From positions 434,001 through 498,000 of the forward strand of contig CATNEN010000010.1 in the NCBI GenBank assembly GCA_950097015.1: DNA of 64,000 nt, given 5' to 3'. A model generated the notes under the pieces. The model saw nothing but the letters and a program-made list of their open reading frames with translations. It did not search any database and was not told the DNA's origin. A program made the translations under genes and the position numbers. The stretch is from Macrostomum hystrix (Eukaryota; Animalia; Platyhelminthes). Shown here piece by piece: positions 1-11,592 of this stretch. Every line of letters starts with the position of its first letter. The first letter of the stretch is position 1.

Positions 1-1
1 C

Positions 2-586
2 AGCCTGGCCCAGGCAGCGCTGAACTGGGCTGGCAGGCCCCTGCTGCTGCTGGCCGCCATCCTCATGGTGACGCTGGGCATCTACATCAACCATTACGCC
101 ATCGACCACCTGGACGCCCGGGCGCTCTGCTGCGTCCTCGTCTTCATAGGCATCGGCTTCAGCGCGGGCGGCCTGGCCGGACTGGCGGCCAAGCAGGCCA
201 AGCCGAGACGGAAGGCCATGGCCGCCGAGGCCGCCGCCTCCGCCTGCCTCATCGCCATTCCGGCCGTGCGTTCGGCCTGCGAGCCGCCAACGTCCGACCT
301 GGCCACGGTGCTGCCGCTGGCCGCTGCCATCCTGACCCCAGCGCCGATAGTCATCTACGTGGTGGCGCACCGGTTGAAGGGCTGGGTGGCCGGCTTTATC
401 GATAGGCGCAAAGAGAAGCAGAGCCGGCAGTTCAGCATAGTCAGCAGTCTGGCCCGCATGGCCGAGGACGTGGCCGCAGTGTCGGCGCCGCTAGCCATCG
501 AGGAGGCGACCGCGGGCGCGACGGCAGTCAAGGAAGAGACGACGGCCAAGGCGGCCACTGAGAAGCAGAAGGTCACGACTCTCTGA
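2..586 (+). CDS. 3' part of a hydrophobic, probably multi-pass membrane protein; the frame is open from the window edge
   Basis: Frame open from position 2 (SLAQAALNWAGRPLLLLAAILMVTLG...) to TGA at 584-586; GC-rich codon usage against an AT-rich flank; several hydrophobic stretches. No family recognised. Confidence 0.45.
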   Translation, partial: SLAQAALNWAGRPLLLLAAILMVTLGIYINHYAIDHLDARALCCVLVFIGIGFSAGGLAGLAAKQAKPRRKAMAAEAAASACLIAIPAVRSACEPPTSDLATVLPLAAAILTPAPIVIYVVAHRLKGWVAGFIDRRKEKQSRQFSIVSSLARMAEDVAAVSAPLAIEEATAGATAVKEETTAKAATEKQKVTTL

Positions 587-2898
587 CCTGCTTGTTGGAA
601 AACTGCTGCTTCGATGTCCAAGACTGACTGCACCCTCTGGCAGGGCACCCTCAGACAGTTACATTGAGAATGTGTGTGAAAGGGTTTAACCAGAAGTTTT
701 ATTAGATCTTTAACGGCTGTCGATGCCTGCTTTTCATTGATGCTTTGTGATTTTGTGAGATGTTAATACCATGCATATAACACTCACTTATTGTAACGTT
801 ACCACAAATATACTACTCAGTGAAAATAGCATTAGAATATGTTTACACAACTGCTCAAAGTGAATGCTTATCTTTTGATTGATTGTACATTTAATGCATA
901 AATGAAGAATTATATTTGAATTAAATGGTATCCTAACTTACTAAGCTCTATTTAATGAAACTAACAGGATATTCAAAGTGTTTTGCAATGAGCATCATTA
1001 TTTTTAATACAAAAGGTTTCTAGCTTGTATTTTATTTATTGCTATGTGAAAGTTCATAAAAGATATGACACATATGTGGTAATAAAGACAGAAATAAAAT
1101 GATTCTGCATTAAACTTTTAAGAGGCTGTCCTCTGTGAGGAACCAGAAAATATATAACAAATATGAGTTTATGCCTAATAAATGCATTCATTTTTCATTT
1201 ATTCATTCTGAACAGATCCTTCTAAATGCATTCATTCTAAACAGATAAATTAGTTAGGTCTATACAGCTAATAGTGCAATAAAAAATATATATATAACAA
1301 ACACATTGTAGTAATGTCAGAAATGTATTTTGATTAAAAGTTGAGAAAGGAAATAATTTTAATGATATGGATACTTGACAAAGTTATATTTTTGGTTGCT
1401 TTCTCAAAATGTTTGATTCAATATAAAGTACAATTGTCATTTTTGAGACTCTGGAACTTTGCAAACCCGATATTGGCCAAAAAGAGACCAAGAAATTTAT
1501 ATAGAAACCAAAAGCACAAAAAAATGCTAATGTAAAAAAACTAATGTTTTAAAATTACAATTCTCATTCCTAAAGAATCACTGTTTTATTGAAAATAGCT
1601 CATAATTTGAAAAAAAAACAATTTAATATTTCTTAAATGTACAAAATATTTGTAACAAGAAAGTGGAAATGCAAATAGGCCTATAATAATCGCATAGGTA
1701 AGATGCTTATAATTTATTGAGAAAAAGCTAATATTATTTGCTTAATCAATGCCAATGTCAATCAAAGCATCTAAATGTAAACAAGAACTGCTTAGATTAA
1801 CTAGGCTATTAATTATTGCCAAAATTTAATAATAAACAAGTTTCCTTAGAATGTCTACATTATATATTTCACAAATAAATTTGTTCCTCTTTCATTAAAT
1901 AGCTTGATGATTTTAGACTGGTATTAAATTAAAATGTACCCACCAATCTATAAACAAATGCAGAAGTATAGCAATGAAAAATATGGTTATATCCGTAGTG
2001 TGCACTCTTTTGTATGTATAATTTAGACTAAACCATAATGCTAATTTTCATAGCTAGCTACATAATTTGAGCTTAATTGAGCAAACCTACTAAAAATGTT
2101 TGTATCATGCAGCACCATATTGCAATATAAACTTTTATTTTATATTTTTTTTAAAAGTAGCTAAATACTTTTTTAATTAAAAATAACTAGAGTGTTCTGT
2201 CTATATATTTCTGTCAATATAATTTTCTGAATAAATTAGCTTTAAATTTATGTAGTAGCCAGCCACTGCGCAACCCCAAAAACTGCATAATCCTCAGACC
2301 TTGCAAATTTCTAGTAGCAATGTGCAAAAAGCGTACAACTCAATATCAATTTGACTAGAAACAATTAAAATGCTATATATTCTTCTTTTGTTGACATCAC
2401 TTGAATTGGTGTATCCCAACCTGACATGTAGCAGTCCAATGTAAACATTGATTTATTGTAAAAATAGATTTCAGCTGACTTGCATCATAGCCTAATGTCA
2501 CACAAAACTGCAATGGCAGTTACAATGTACAAATGTGCTCTATCACCTGTAATATTTTATATAAGAAAAGGGAAAACATTTTCTGCTTTTTGAAGGTCTC
2601 ATATATTTTTTCTTACCCATCAAAATGACTTTCTGTAAAAAAACATCAGAGTTTACCAGCCAGTCAGTAAAGTTATAAGCCAGCCATATAGCTAGGAGTG
2701 AGCAACCAAACACACTGACAGAGGCCTTTTAATTTTCTGTAATACAAGTTTACTGTTAAGATCATTACTAATTGTATCTACTTTAAGCATAGTAAAAACC
2801 AAGCAACTCATTTTTATTAGAAGTAAAAATAAACAGAAAGAAATATAATCATAAGAAGTAAAAATGTTTTAATGCTTAATTATAGCATTTGATAACAT

Positions 2899-3171
2899 TT
2901 TTATTACACCTGCCCCAATAGGGCCAGATGTGCAGCCAATGCGCATATGAAGACTGCATACAGCTGTTCAGTCCATGGACTGGGGGACGCCACATCCACC
3001 TTCAATTAGGCCTATCCCAACTAATGCTGGTACCAATTTAACAGCTAGGTGAACTGAAGCATTGCAGAGTTAAGTGTCTTGCTAAAGGACACAAATTGTT
3101 TCAGTGGAGTTGGGAATCGAACCCCGACCTTCAAGTCGTGAGTCCGACGCCCTAACCACTAGGCTACAACC
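2899..3171 (-). mobile_element. tRNA-derived SINE, family 1, copy A (full length, with TSD)
   Basis: Minus strand begins GGTTGTAGCCTAGTGG (A box) ... GGTTCGATTCC (B box). Central GTGTCCTTTAGCAAGACACTTAAC...CAGTTCACCTAGCTGTTAAATTGGTACC resembles the CORE-type SINE domain. 10-bp direct repeat TTGATAACAT at 2889-2898 and 3172-3181. Second copy at 61.6 kb. Confidence 0.8.
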
Positions 3172-4399
3172 TTGATAACATATATTTCATTTTTTCACGC
3201 CTAAAGATTTTATAGAGAAACTGTCAAATAGTTATGGCAAAAAACAGTAATGGCAGCATAAAATTTTACCTTTAAGAGCTAATAGATGAGTTGAATCCAT
3301 TACTTTTCAAAAATTTTTTTTCAAATTTTGAAATAAAATTGTTTTGATCCTATAATCAAGCGCAGAACCGCGAGTTAAAAAGCTAATTTCATCACTTAAG
3401 AAACGAATAAAACTACAGTTCTAAGAAAATCACAATATCAAATAGGAACTTAAATCCCGTTTTCGTTAGTCGTTTTCGTTAGTACGTGCTTCATTCGTCG
3501 CAGTATGCTTTTTTATTAGTGATTGTAGATCGTTAGTCAAGATCCACCTTATAAGATCAATTAGAAATGGATCATACTTGTCGACGTCATGTTCTTGTTA
3601 CGCACGTTTCGCTAGCCGCAACCCAGCCGCATCACTTTTTAAAATCACTTGTACCACTTGCAAAATCCGTCTTTTCTAATAGATTTTGACTATATTTATT
3701 TGTACCACACGTTAAACAAGAGACACGTCGGTTTCTTGTTTCGATTACGGATGTGTTTCGTCGTTGGATATTTCGTCCGATATTGATTTATTGTTTACTT
3801 TCGATCGTTTAGTATAATTAGACTTTAGATTAGATATTAGAAAGTCACCAAAAAATTACACACACACAATATATTTATATATATATATAAATACAATAAT
3901 ATACTATTATATTAAAAATATATGTATAATTGAACTGAGTTGAAGAGGAGAGTTATAAGGTGAGACCGCGTATAGTGTGCACTTTAAAGCGAAGAGATAT
4001 GTAATGTGTGTACTACTGCTTTTTTGCTACATGCAAAGCCATTATTATTACGATGTAATTATGATAATATTGTGCTCTGGTAATAAACATGACGTCGAAT
4101 TTAATTAAAAAACGCTATAAGAACTGTTGTAGCGTTTTAATTAATCATTGGTCTTAGCATCATGAATTTATTTCTTGAGATCTTGAGACAAGTAAGACAA
4201 TTGGGAATAGGCGGAAAGTATTAATGAAACTGCATCTCACCTATCTCCAAAAACGGCTTATACACGGTTTATACACCGGTATGATTGCTTAGCTGCAGTC
4301 AGTCAAACAGTTCCTATATCCCATTCTCATTGGCGCCATTGTCTCCATACGACACAACAGTTTGCGACACACCTTCAGTGTCATATGCGCTATGCTACG

Positions 4400-5805
4400 C
4401 AGACCTGCAGCTGTAGCCTGGGTCCGTGAGCGATGGTCCGTGGACATAATTAATTAATAGCGCACTCAGCATGCCTTATTTCCGTCAAGATCGATGAGCA
4501 TCGTGGAATCTCATTGATGTCCTGCGCCGCGAAGTTGTACAACAGGGTGCTGCTGACGCGGCTGCAGCCAGTGCTGGACCAGTTTGTCCGGCAAGAGCAG
4601 AACGGTTTCAGGCCTGGCAGGGGCACAGTGATTCTCGCTCGCATCCACCAATCGGTCGTCTGCATCTTCGTGGACTTCGTGGACTTCGATTCAGTGTCGA
4701 GGCGAGTCATTGCGATCATTCTGCGTGCGTACCATGTGCCTGAGCAGCTGGCAATGGCTGTGATGGCCCTGTACCAGGAAACCAGGGCGGCAGTTGTGAC
4801 GCCAGACGGTCTGTCGGACTTCTTCGACACGTCCTCTGGCGTGCTGCAGGGGGGACACTCTGGCGCCTTTCCTGTTCGTCCTGGTCCTGGACTGGGTGCT
4901 GCGCGTCAGCCTTCCTGATGACTCCGACGGCTTTTTGCTCTGTCGCAGAACAAGTAGACGACATCCCGAGAAGAGGCTCTCCGTACTGGCGTACGCAAAC
5001 GATCTGGCGCTGCTGTCAAGCTCTGCGGAAGGAGCCCAGCGCCTGCTTGACAAGCTGACGGCCGCGGCAGCCGTGGTCAGACTTTCTGTGAACACCAAAA
5101 AGACGATGGTGCTGACCGTCCCAGAAGACCTACCCGCTGAGATCCGCTGTCATGATGTGAGCGGGCAAGCGGCGCTGCTGCCTCGCTGCACGGCGTTCAC
5201 CAACCTCGGCGGTCTAGTACCAAGCGTGCAGGACGACATCGCCCGGCGCAGGGCGCCCGCCTGGGGGGCGTTTCGCTCCCTGCGAATTGTTCTACAGAGC
5301 CCCGCGCTGCCAGACTGGCTGAGGGGGCGTTTGTTTCAAGCCGTCATCGAAACAGTGCTCCTGTACAACGCCCACACATGGACCCTGACTAGCTCGCAGG
5401 AGCGGCAGCTGGAGGCTGCGCATGCTGCACTTCTGCGCGCTGCCTTCGGAGCCCACCACTCGCCGAACCCCACGACCAACATCAGAAACGACGAGCTGTT
5501 GCGCCGGGCCCAGCTCTGCCGGCCAAGCCAGCTACTCCGCACCCGGCGCTTGCAGCTGGCCGGCCACGTCATCCGCGCGGAGCAGCGCTGCCCAGAGTCC
5601 TTGCAGGATGTGCTGTTGCTTTCCCTGCAGGGACCACGGCGGCGCGGCCAGGCGAGAGCACAGCGCTTCGTCGACCTGCTGCTGACTGATGCCGGCATCT
5701 CCGACCCTCGCGGACTGATCCCGCTACGCAAGTCTGCGCTTGCGCGCGCCTTTTGACAGCTCTTTGGCTTCTGCCAGGGTGGCTGTAGTTTGTTGTTGTT
5801 GTTGT
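4400..5805 (+). mobile_element. 5'-truncated, decayed RTE-like non-LTR retrotransposon (RT domain and C-terminus)
   Basis: Motifs AKLYNRVL, QNGFRPGR, VDF-DSV, GVLQG-DTLAPFLF (broken by an extra G in the 4849-4854 G-run) and YAND in place of YADD; 3' (TTG)n tail at 5789-5805. Left boundary approximate. Confidence 0.85.
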
Positions 5806-6377
5806 ATGCCTGATGAAGCAGATACAATCCACTGCTGTGGAAATAGTCCCTTTCACATTGCTCATAAAAAACTGATCCAATCAAAGTACACTACATTGAA
5901 CTAAAAGCAATAAATAATAATAGAAAAATGCTCATTAAATTCTGAAATTGCACTGGCTGAAAGTCATACGGAGATACCATCATTTTAATTTGCATGACCA
6001 AGTAACGCTTTGACATTCGAGCAATTTTTATACTGCTTATTGTTTATTTATAGTAAGCGAGTACATCGGGTAAAAAGATTTCAATAGTTACGGAACACTG
6101 TTTACAATATTAAAGCAATAGAAGCAGTGCTGCCGCGATGTGGCTGCATACGTGATAGATATTGGTCCTCCTGCATACAACGTACCGCGTTGCTCCTGGA
6201 TTGGCCGCATGGCGGTTTCCCGACGGAATTTGATCACGTCCGCGCTATTTCGGCGTGCGATGCCAGGCTGATGAACACGTTGTCGCTGTGCTTCAGCCTC
6301 AGAGATCTCCATCCAGGGCATGTGTCTGAGGATCGGGGAGGGCATTGTTGACGGAGAAGTAGAGAAAAATTTGGAAA

Positions 6378-6687
6378 CAGGCTCAGAATGGTGCGGGCAG
6401 CTCAGGATCAGCGGACGGAATTGGAGCAGAGCAAGCAGGCTCAGAATTGTGCGGGCAGCTCAGGATCAGCGGACGGAATTGGAGCAGAGCAAGCAGGCTC
6501 AGAATGGTGCGGGCAGCTCAGGATCAGGGGACGGAATTGGAGCAGAGCAAGCAGGCTCAGAATGGTGCGGGCAGCTCAGGATCAGGGGACGGAATTGGAG
6601 CAGAACAAGCAGGCTCAGAATGGTGCGGGCAGCTCAGGATCAGGGGACGGAATTGGAGCAGAGCAAGCAGGCTCAGAATGGTGCGGC
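6378..6687. repeat. 58-bp tandem minisatellite, about 5.3 copies
   Basis: CAGGCTCAGAATGGTGCGGG... recurs at 6378, 6436, 6494 and onward. Confidence 0.95.
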
Positions 6688-7032
6688 ATGAGCTCACTGA
6701 GGTTTCCGAAGATGTTCGAATGCCGAAGAATCGATCAAGAGAAGCGCACGTCGGGCTGATTGGTTCCCAGGCGGCACCGGATCGCAGCCATCACGCGGCC
6801 GAATGGCAGCCTGCTGCGCACTTCACACGCATGCCGATGGTCCAGTAACGCAGGCTGCTGGGCTGGTAGAGCTGGTCCCGGCTGAGGCAGTTGGTGCTGA
6901 GGTGCTGAGGTGCTGAGGTGCGCGCATGCGGAACCAGAGCTCAACGAAGGTCTTTGGGGTGCATTGCCTCCGGAACTCGATGGCCGAGCTGACAGCTCCC
7001 TTGGAAAATGTGGGCCACGACTTCCTTGACGA

Positions 7033-7110
7033 TGGGATGGGATGGGATGGGATGGAATGGGATGGGATGGGATGGGATGGGATGGAATGGGATGGGATGG
7101 GATGAGATGG
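7033..7110. repeat. (GGATG/GGAAT)n pentanucleotide microsatellite
   Basis: Directly visible. Confidence 0.95.
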
Positions 7111-7404
7111 GAAGATCCTCACTGAGAAGAAGTCCCAGGCACTCACAACGCAAACTCACTTCTGGCTTGCTGGGGTACAAACCGACATCCGGCATGGAGT
7201 TGTTGCCCCAGGTTCTTGCCAGGGAAACGATCCGGTTGGGCCGTTTGGGGTGAGTGGCAGATCTTGGCCTCGGCCAGGCCGAGGGTAGGACCACGACGAA
7301 GACGTGTCTGCCTTTGGTCCCGTTGCCGCAGGTCATGTGCGTCAGCATACTTGCCGCCTTCGCGGACACTGTCCTCCGGACTGCCATGCCGCTCGTTGTG
7401 CGCG

Positions 7405-8170
7405 TTTGTCAGGTACATGGTGTCAGGACTGCCATACTGATGGTTGTGGGAGTTTGTCAGGTACATGGTGTCAGGACTGCCATACTGATGGTTGTGGGAG
7501 TTTGTCAGGTACATGGTGTCAGGACTGCCATACTGATGGTTGTGGAAGTTTGTCAGGTACATGGTGTCAGGACTGCCATACTGATGGTTGTGGGAGTTTG
7601 TCAGGTACATGGTGTCAGGACTGCCATACTGATGGTTGTGGGAGTTTGTCAGGTACATGGTGTCAGGACTGCCATACTGATGGTTGTGGGAGTTTGTCAG
7701 GTACATGGTGTCAGGACTGCCATACTGATGGTTGTGGAAGTTTGTCAGGTACATGGTGTCAGGACTGCCATACTGATGGTTGTGGAAGTTTGTCAGGTAC
7801 ATGGTGTCAGGACTGCCATACTGATGGTTGTGGAAGTTTGTCAGGTACATGGTGTCAGGACTGCCATACCGATGGTTGTGGGAGTTTGTCAGGTACATGG
7901 TGTCAGGACTGCCATACTGATGGTTGTGGGAGTTTGTCAGGTACATGGTGTCAGGACTGCCATACTGATGGTTGTGGAAGTTTGTCAGGTACATGGTGTC
8001 AGGACTGCCATACTGATGGTTGTGGGAGTTTGTCAGGTACATGGTGTCAGGACTGCCATACTGATGGTTGTGGGAGTTTGTCAGGTACATGGTGTCAGGA
8101 CTGCCATACTGATGGTTGTGGGAGTTTGTCAGGTACATGGTGTCAGGACTGCCATACTGATGGTTGTGGG
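7405..8170. repeat. 48-bp tandem minisatellite, about 16 copies
   Basis: Unit GTTTGTCAGGTACATGGTGTCAGGACTGCCATACTGATGGTTGTGGGA; nearly identical copies, no spacers. Confidence 0.97.
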
Positions 8171-9284
8171 TGTTTGTCCATTGTGGGATGCTTTTAAGTC
8201 CTGGCATTTCCACTGCCTGCTCAGCGTAACTGACGCCACAGATGCGGCCGACGCCCCGGCCGCTTTGAAGCTCCCAGACGGTGCTCGTAGCCACCGCCGA
8301 GGTACCTGCCGGAGGCTGCTACCGATTTCCACTGACTCCGCCTTTCCCTCAGCCAGGCACCAACACCTCCTCGGGACTTCTCACTCCGGCGGCTCGCCGC
8401 TCTGCCGCCCCCGTAGCGAGCGGTGGCAAGATGGTGCGCGCTGCGCCGCGGCTGCTCGTAGAAGCTGCGACGCCGGCGGCTTCGGCCACCCAGCTGACGG
8501 CGGTGGCGGACTACTGTCGGCGGAGTTTCTGCCGGCCATCGGGCTATGAATTGGACAATTTTATGGAGCCATTTTTGAGTCTGAGCGGAAAATGATTATC
8601 CAAGATGGAGAGGCGCCCGTAAAATTGAGAGAAATCACATGGTTAGGAAATCCCACCAACGTAGGCGAAAATTCCCAAAATCCCAAAATCGAGTAATTTG
8701 AATGTCGCGACGCCCCGAGATCGGTGAACTCAAGAAAAACTAATCAAGGGAGCTTTGAGCACTGACCGATCTCTGCGGCTCAGACCAGCCGGCTTGTTTC
8801 CGTTGTCAGCGCCATCCAGCTCGGCCAGGCAACAGGCGATGGCGGCCAGGATCAGGCAGCAGGTGAGCGGGCGCATCTGCGGTGTTGCAGCGGCTGCTGC
8901 AGTGGCTGCCAGCGAACTGCGGCATCATCTCTCCCACCTGTGGGGGTGGGGATGCTAGGGAGGGGGTGGCTGATTGGACGGCCAGTGAGGATGCGAAGGA
9001 CGGGAGATGAGAGTCGCCGCATTAGACGGGGCTCTGCGATCTGGTTTAATCCCCCTGAAGCTGACAGGGGGTTTATCAAGTGAGCCTTTCGGCCACCTGC
9101 CTGGGTTGGTCAGATTACTGTAGTACTGAAACAGAGGACTGTTGTTAGCACCCGCACCTGGCGTCAGTGTGACTGACAGCTGGCCTGCAACTCACAGACT
9201 AGTGGCTATTGGGGGTGACTGACTGCTCAAAGCTCAGAGTAGACTGCTAAGTGTGAATGTCAAAAACTAACGAATTCTCCACCA

Positions 9285-10140
9285 TCTCGTTATTCCCGCA
9301 TCTCATTATTCCCCGCATCTTCATTATTCCCTGCATCTCATTATTCCCTGCATCTCATCATTCCCTGCATCTCATCATTCCCTGCATCTCATCATTCCCT
9401 GCATCTCATCATTCCCTGCATCTCATCATTCCCTGCATCTCATCATTCCCAGCATCTCATCATTCCCTGCATCTCATCATTCCCTGCATCTCATCATTCC
9501 CTGCATCTCATCATTCCCTGCATCTCATCATTCCCTGCATCTCATCATTCCCTGCATCTCATCATTCCCAGCATCTCATCATTCCCTGCATCTCATCATT
9601 ACCTGCATCTCATCATTCCCTGCATCTCATCATTCCCTGCATCTCATCATTCCCTGCATCTCATCATTCCCTGCATCTCATCATTCCCTGCATCTCATCA
9701 TTCCCAGCATCTCATCATTCCCTGCATCTCATCATTACCTGCATCTCATCATTCCCTGCATCTCATCATTCCCTGCATCTCATCATTCCCTGCATCTCAT
9801 CATTCCCTGCATCTCATCATTCCCTGCATCTCATCATTCCCTGCATCTCATCATTCCCAGCATCTCATCATTCCCTGCATCTCATCATTACCTGCATCTC
9901 ATCATTCCCTGCATCTCATCATTACCTGCATCTCATCATTACCTACATCTCATTATTCCCAGCATCTCATATATCCCAGCATCTCATATTTTCCAGCATC
10001 TCATATTTCCCTGCATCTCATATTTTCCAGCATCTCATATTTCCCTGCATCTCATATTTTCCAGCATCTCATATTTCCCTGCATCTCATATTTCCCTGCA
10101 TCTCACATTTCCCTGCATCTCATATTTCCCTGCATCTCAT
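9285..10140. repeat. 17-bp tandem minisatellite, about 50 copies, degenerating to the right
   Basis: Unit CCCTGCATCTCATCATT. Confidence 0.95.
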
Positions 10141-10332
10141 GATTTCGTACACGTCATATTTTCTCATCTGCTTCTTGCCGCTTCCGCATCCCCGTCTGCA
10201 TTCTCTTCAGCCCGCTTCCCATTTTAGCCATAGACGATCGCATATCGAGCGCTGGCCGTTTGCTATTTGATACATTTCCAAGATGCGTGCCGAATCGGTC
10301 ATTAAGCTCAGAAGATCAGAAGTTTTCTAAGA

Positions 10333-10679
10333 ATGTCATCCCCAGTCCGCAGCTGCAAGACTGTCGCATTCGCCCTTCTTGTGCTAGGTGAGTTCTCAAA
10401 ACTTTCAAACTTGAGCTCACCTTTACTCAAATAGTGGAATTTAGGCAGTATAAGAATATAATTGCCTAAGCGCCAAAAATTGTAATGCTATAGGACTGCC
10501 TTCCCCAATAAACTCACTCGAGAACAGCCCTGCTGAGCTGCGGGGCTCTGAGCTGCAGCTCCATCTCACGGTGCTACCCCGTGGGCAGCTCCTGCATCCA
10601 GTGGTGGCAGTGCTGCACCTCCAACTGCGCCTGGGTGGGCGCCTCCAGCTACGGCACCCCCCTTAAGGCCTGTGTCTGA
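10333..10679 (+). CDS. Two-exon secreted cystine-knot (ICK/knottin, conotoxin-like) peptide precursor, 68 aa
   Basis: Exon 1 10333-10387 (ATG...CTAG|GTGAGT, phase 1); exon 2 10528-10679 (AACAG|CC...TGA). Protein MSSPVRSCKTVAFALLVLALLSCGALSCSSISR-CYPVGSSCIQWWQCCTSNCAWVGASSYGTPLKACV*: hydrophobic signal peptide and a C-x6-C-x5-CC-x3-C-x14-C framework. Confidence 0.72.
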
Positions 10680-10849
10680 CCCTGGCTGACGACTCGCGGC
10701 TTACAGCAGTAGCGCTTTACAGCATTTCAGTGGATTCGGCGAATTGTCTTTGAACACCGGAATGTGTTAGCATATGTGTGTACTCATGCAGTTTTCTCAG
10801 GGTGGACTCAGGCATGGATAGGCCGAGTGTGTGGACTGAGGTGGGGAGG

Positions 10850-11215
10850 AGAGGCCTGAGGTGGTTGAGGACTGAGGCCTGAGGTGGTTGTGGTCTTAAG
10901 CCTGAGGTGGTTGTGGTCTGAGGCCTGAGGTGGTTGTGGACTGAGGCCTGAGGTGGTTGTGGTCTGAGGCCTGAGGTGGTTGTGGACTGAGGCCTGAGGT
11001 GGTTGTGGTCTGAGGCCTGAGGTGGTTGTGGACTGAGGCCTGAGGTGGTTGTGGTCTGAGGCCTGAGGTGGTTGTGGACTGAGGCCTGAGGTGGTTGAGG
11101 ACTGAGGCCTGAGGTGGTTGAGGACTGAGGCCTGAGGTGGTTGTGGACTGAGGCCTGAGGTGGTTGTGGACTGAGGTCTGAGGTGGCTGAGGACTGAGGC
11201 CTGAGGTGGTTGTGC
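10850..11215. repeat. 23-bp tandem minisatellite, about 16 copies
   Basis: Unit GAGGCCTGAGGTGGTTGTGGACT. Confidence 0.95.
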
Positions 11216-11592
11216 CTGTCTGTGCGAAGCAAATTTCAATCCAGTATATTTTCATAGATTTCAATTGTTAATATATGTTAACCGCTGTTGGAGTACATCT
11301 GTACGTGAGCATACTGAAGCATACGCCTGGTGATTAAATATACAGTTATTGGTTGCATGAAACTGATTTAGATCGTCTGTTCGCAACCGGCCCGAAATTC
11401 TATTAAATAAAAATAGCTTTTCGTCAAACGGGAGAAAAATCTAACAGTAGGACATAGGCATACAGCGCAATGCCAATTAAGAGCAGAGCATGCGAAATTC
11501 AAAAGTGGAGGTCGATGGCGCTGATCTGGGATAGCAGAATCCGTAGCCAGGTATTGGGTGAGTTGCCACTAGTCATTAGTCAATCAGTGCAA

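Larger units (their letters stand above)
6740..8480 (-). pseudogene. Possible degenerate fucolectin/F5-8-type plus PAN-like lectin gene fragments
   Basis: GC-rich exon-like blocks at about 8200-8480, 7148-7390 and 6800-7024, with a GTGAGT donor near 7147. Joining two frames gives TCGNGTKGRHVFVV-(frameshift)-PTLGLAEAKIC, similar to the fucolectin C-terminal GRYV..TLCEV pattern. No continuous frame found. Confidence 0.25.

Noticed and set aside
3101-3171. Functional tRNA genes at 3.1, 55.8 and 61.7 kb
   Set aside because: Stems pair poorly and each head runs into a shared body, one with a TSD; these are SINE heads.
600-4350. Genes or transposon ends in the AT-rich stretches (0.6-4.3 kb and 35.8-37.2 kb)
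   Set aside because: No credible ORF, terminal repeat or TSD was found apart from the SINE; a decayed element cannot be excluded without a repeat-library search.
7405-8170. Regular arrays (48, 39, 31, 58 bp) as CRISPR loci
   Set aside because: Units are head-to-tail with no unique spacers, no cas genes are present, and the context is eukaryotic.
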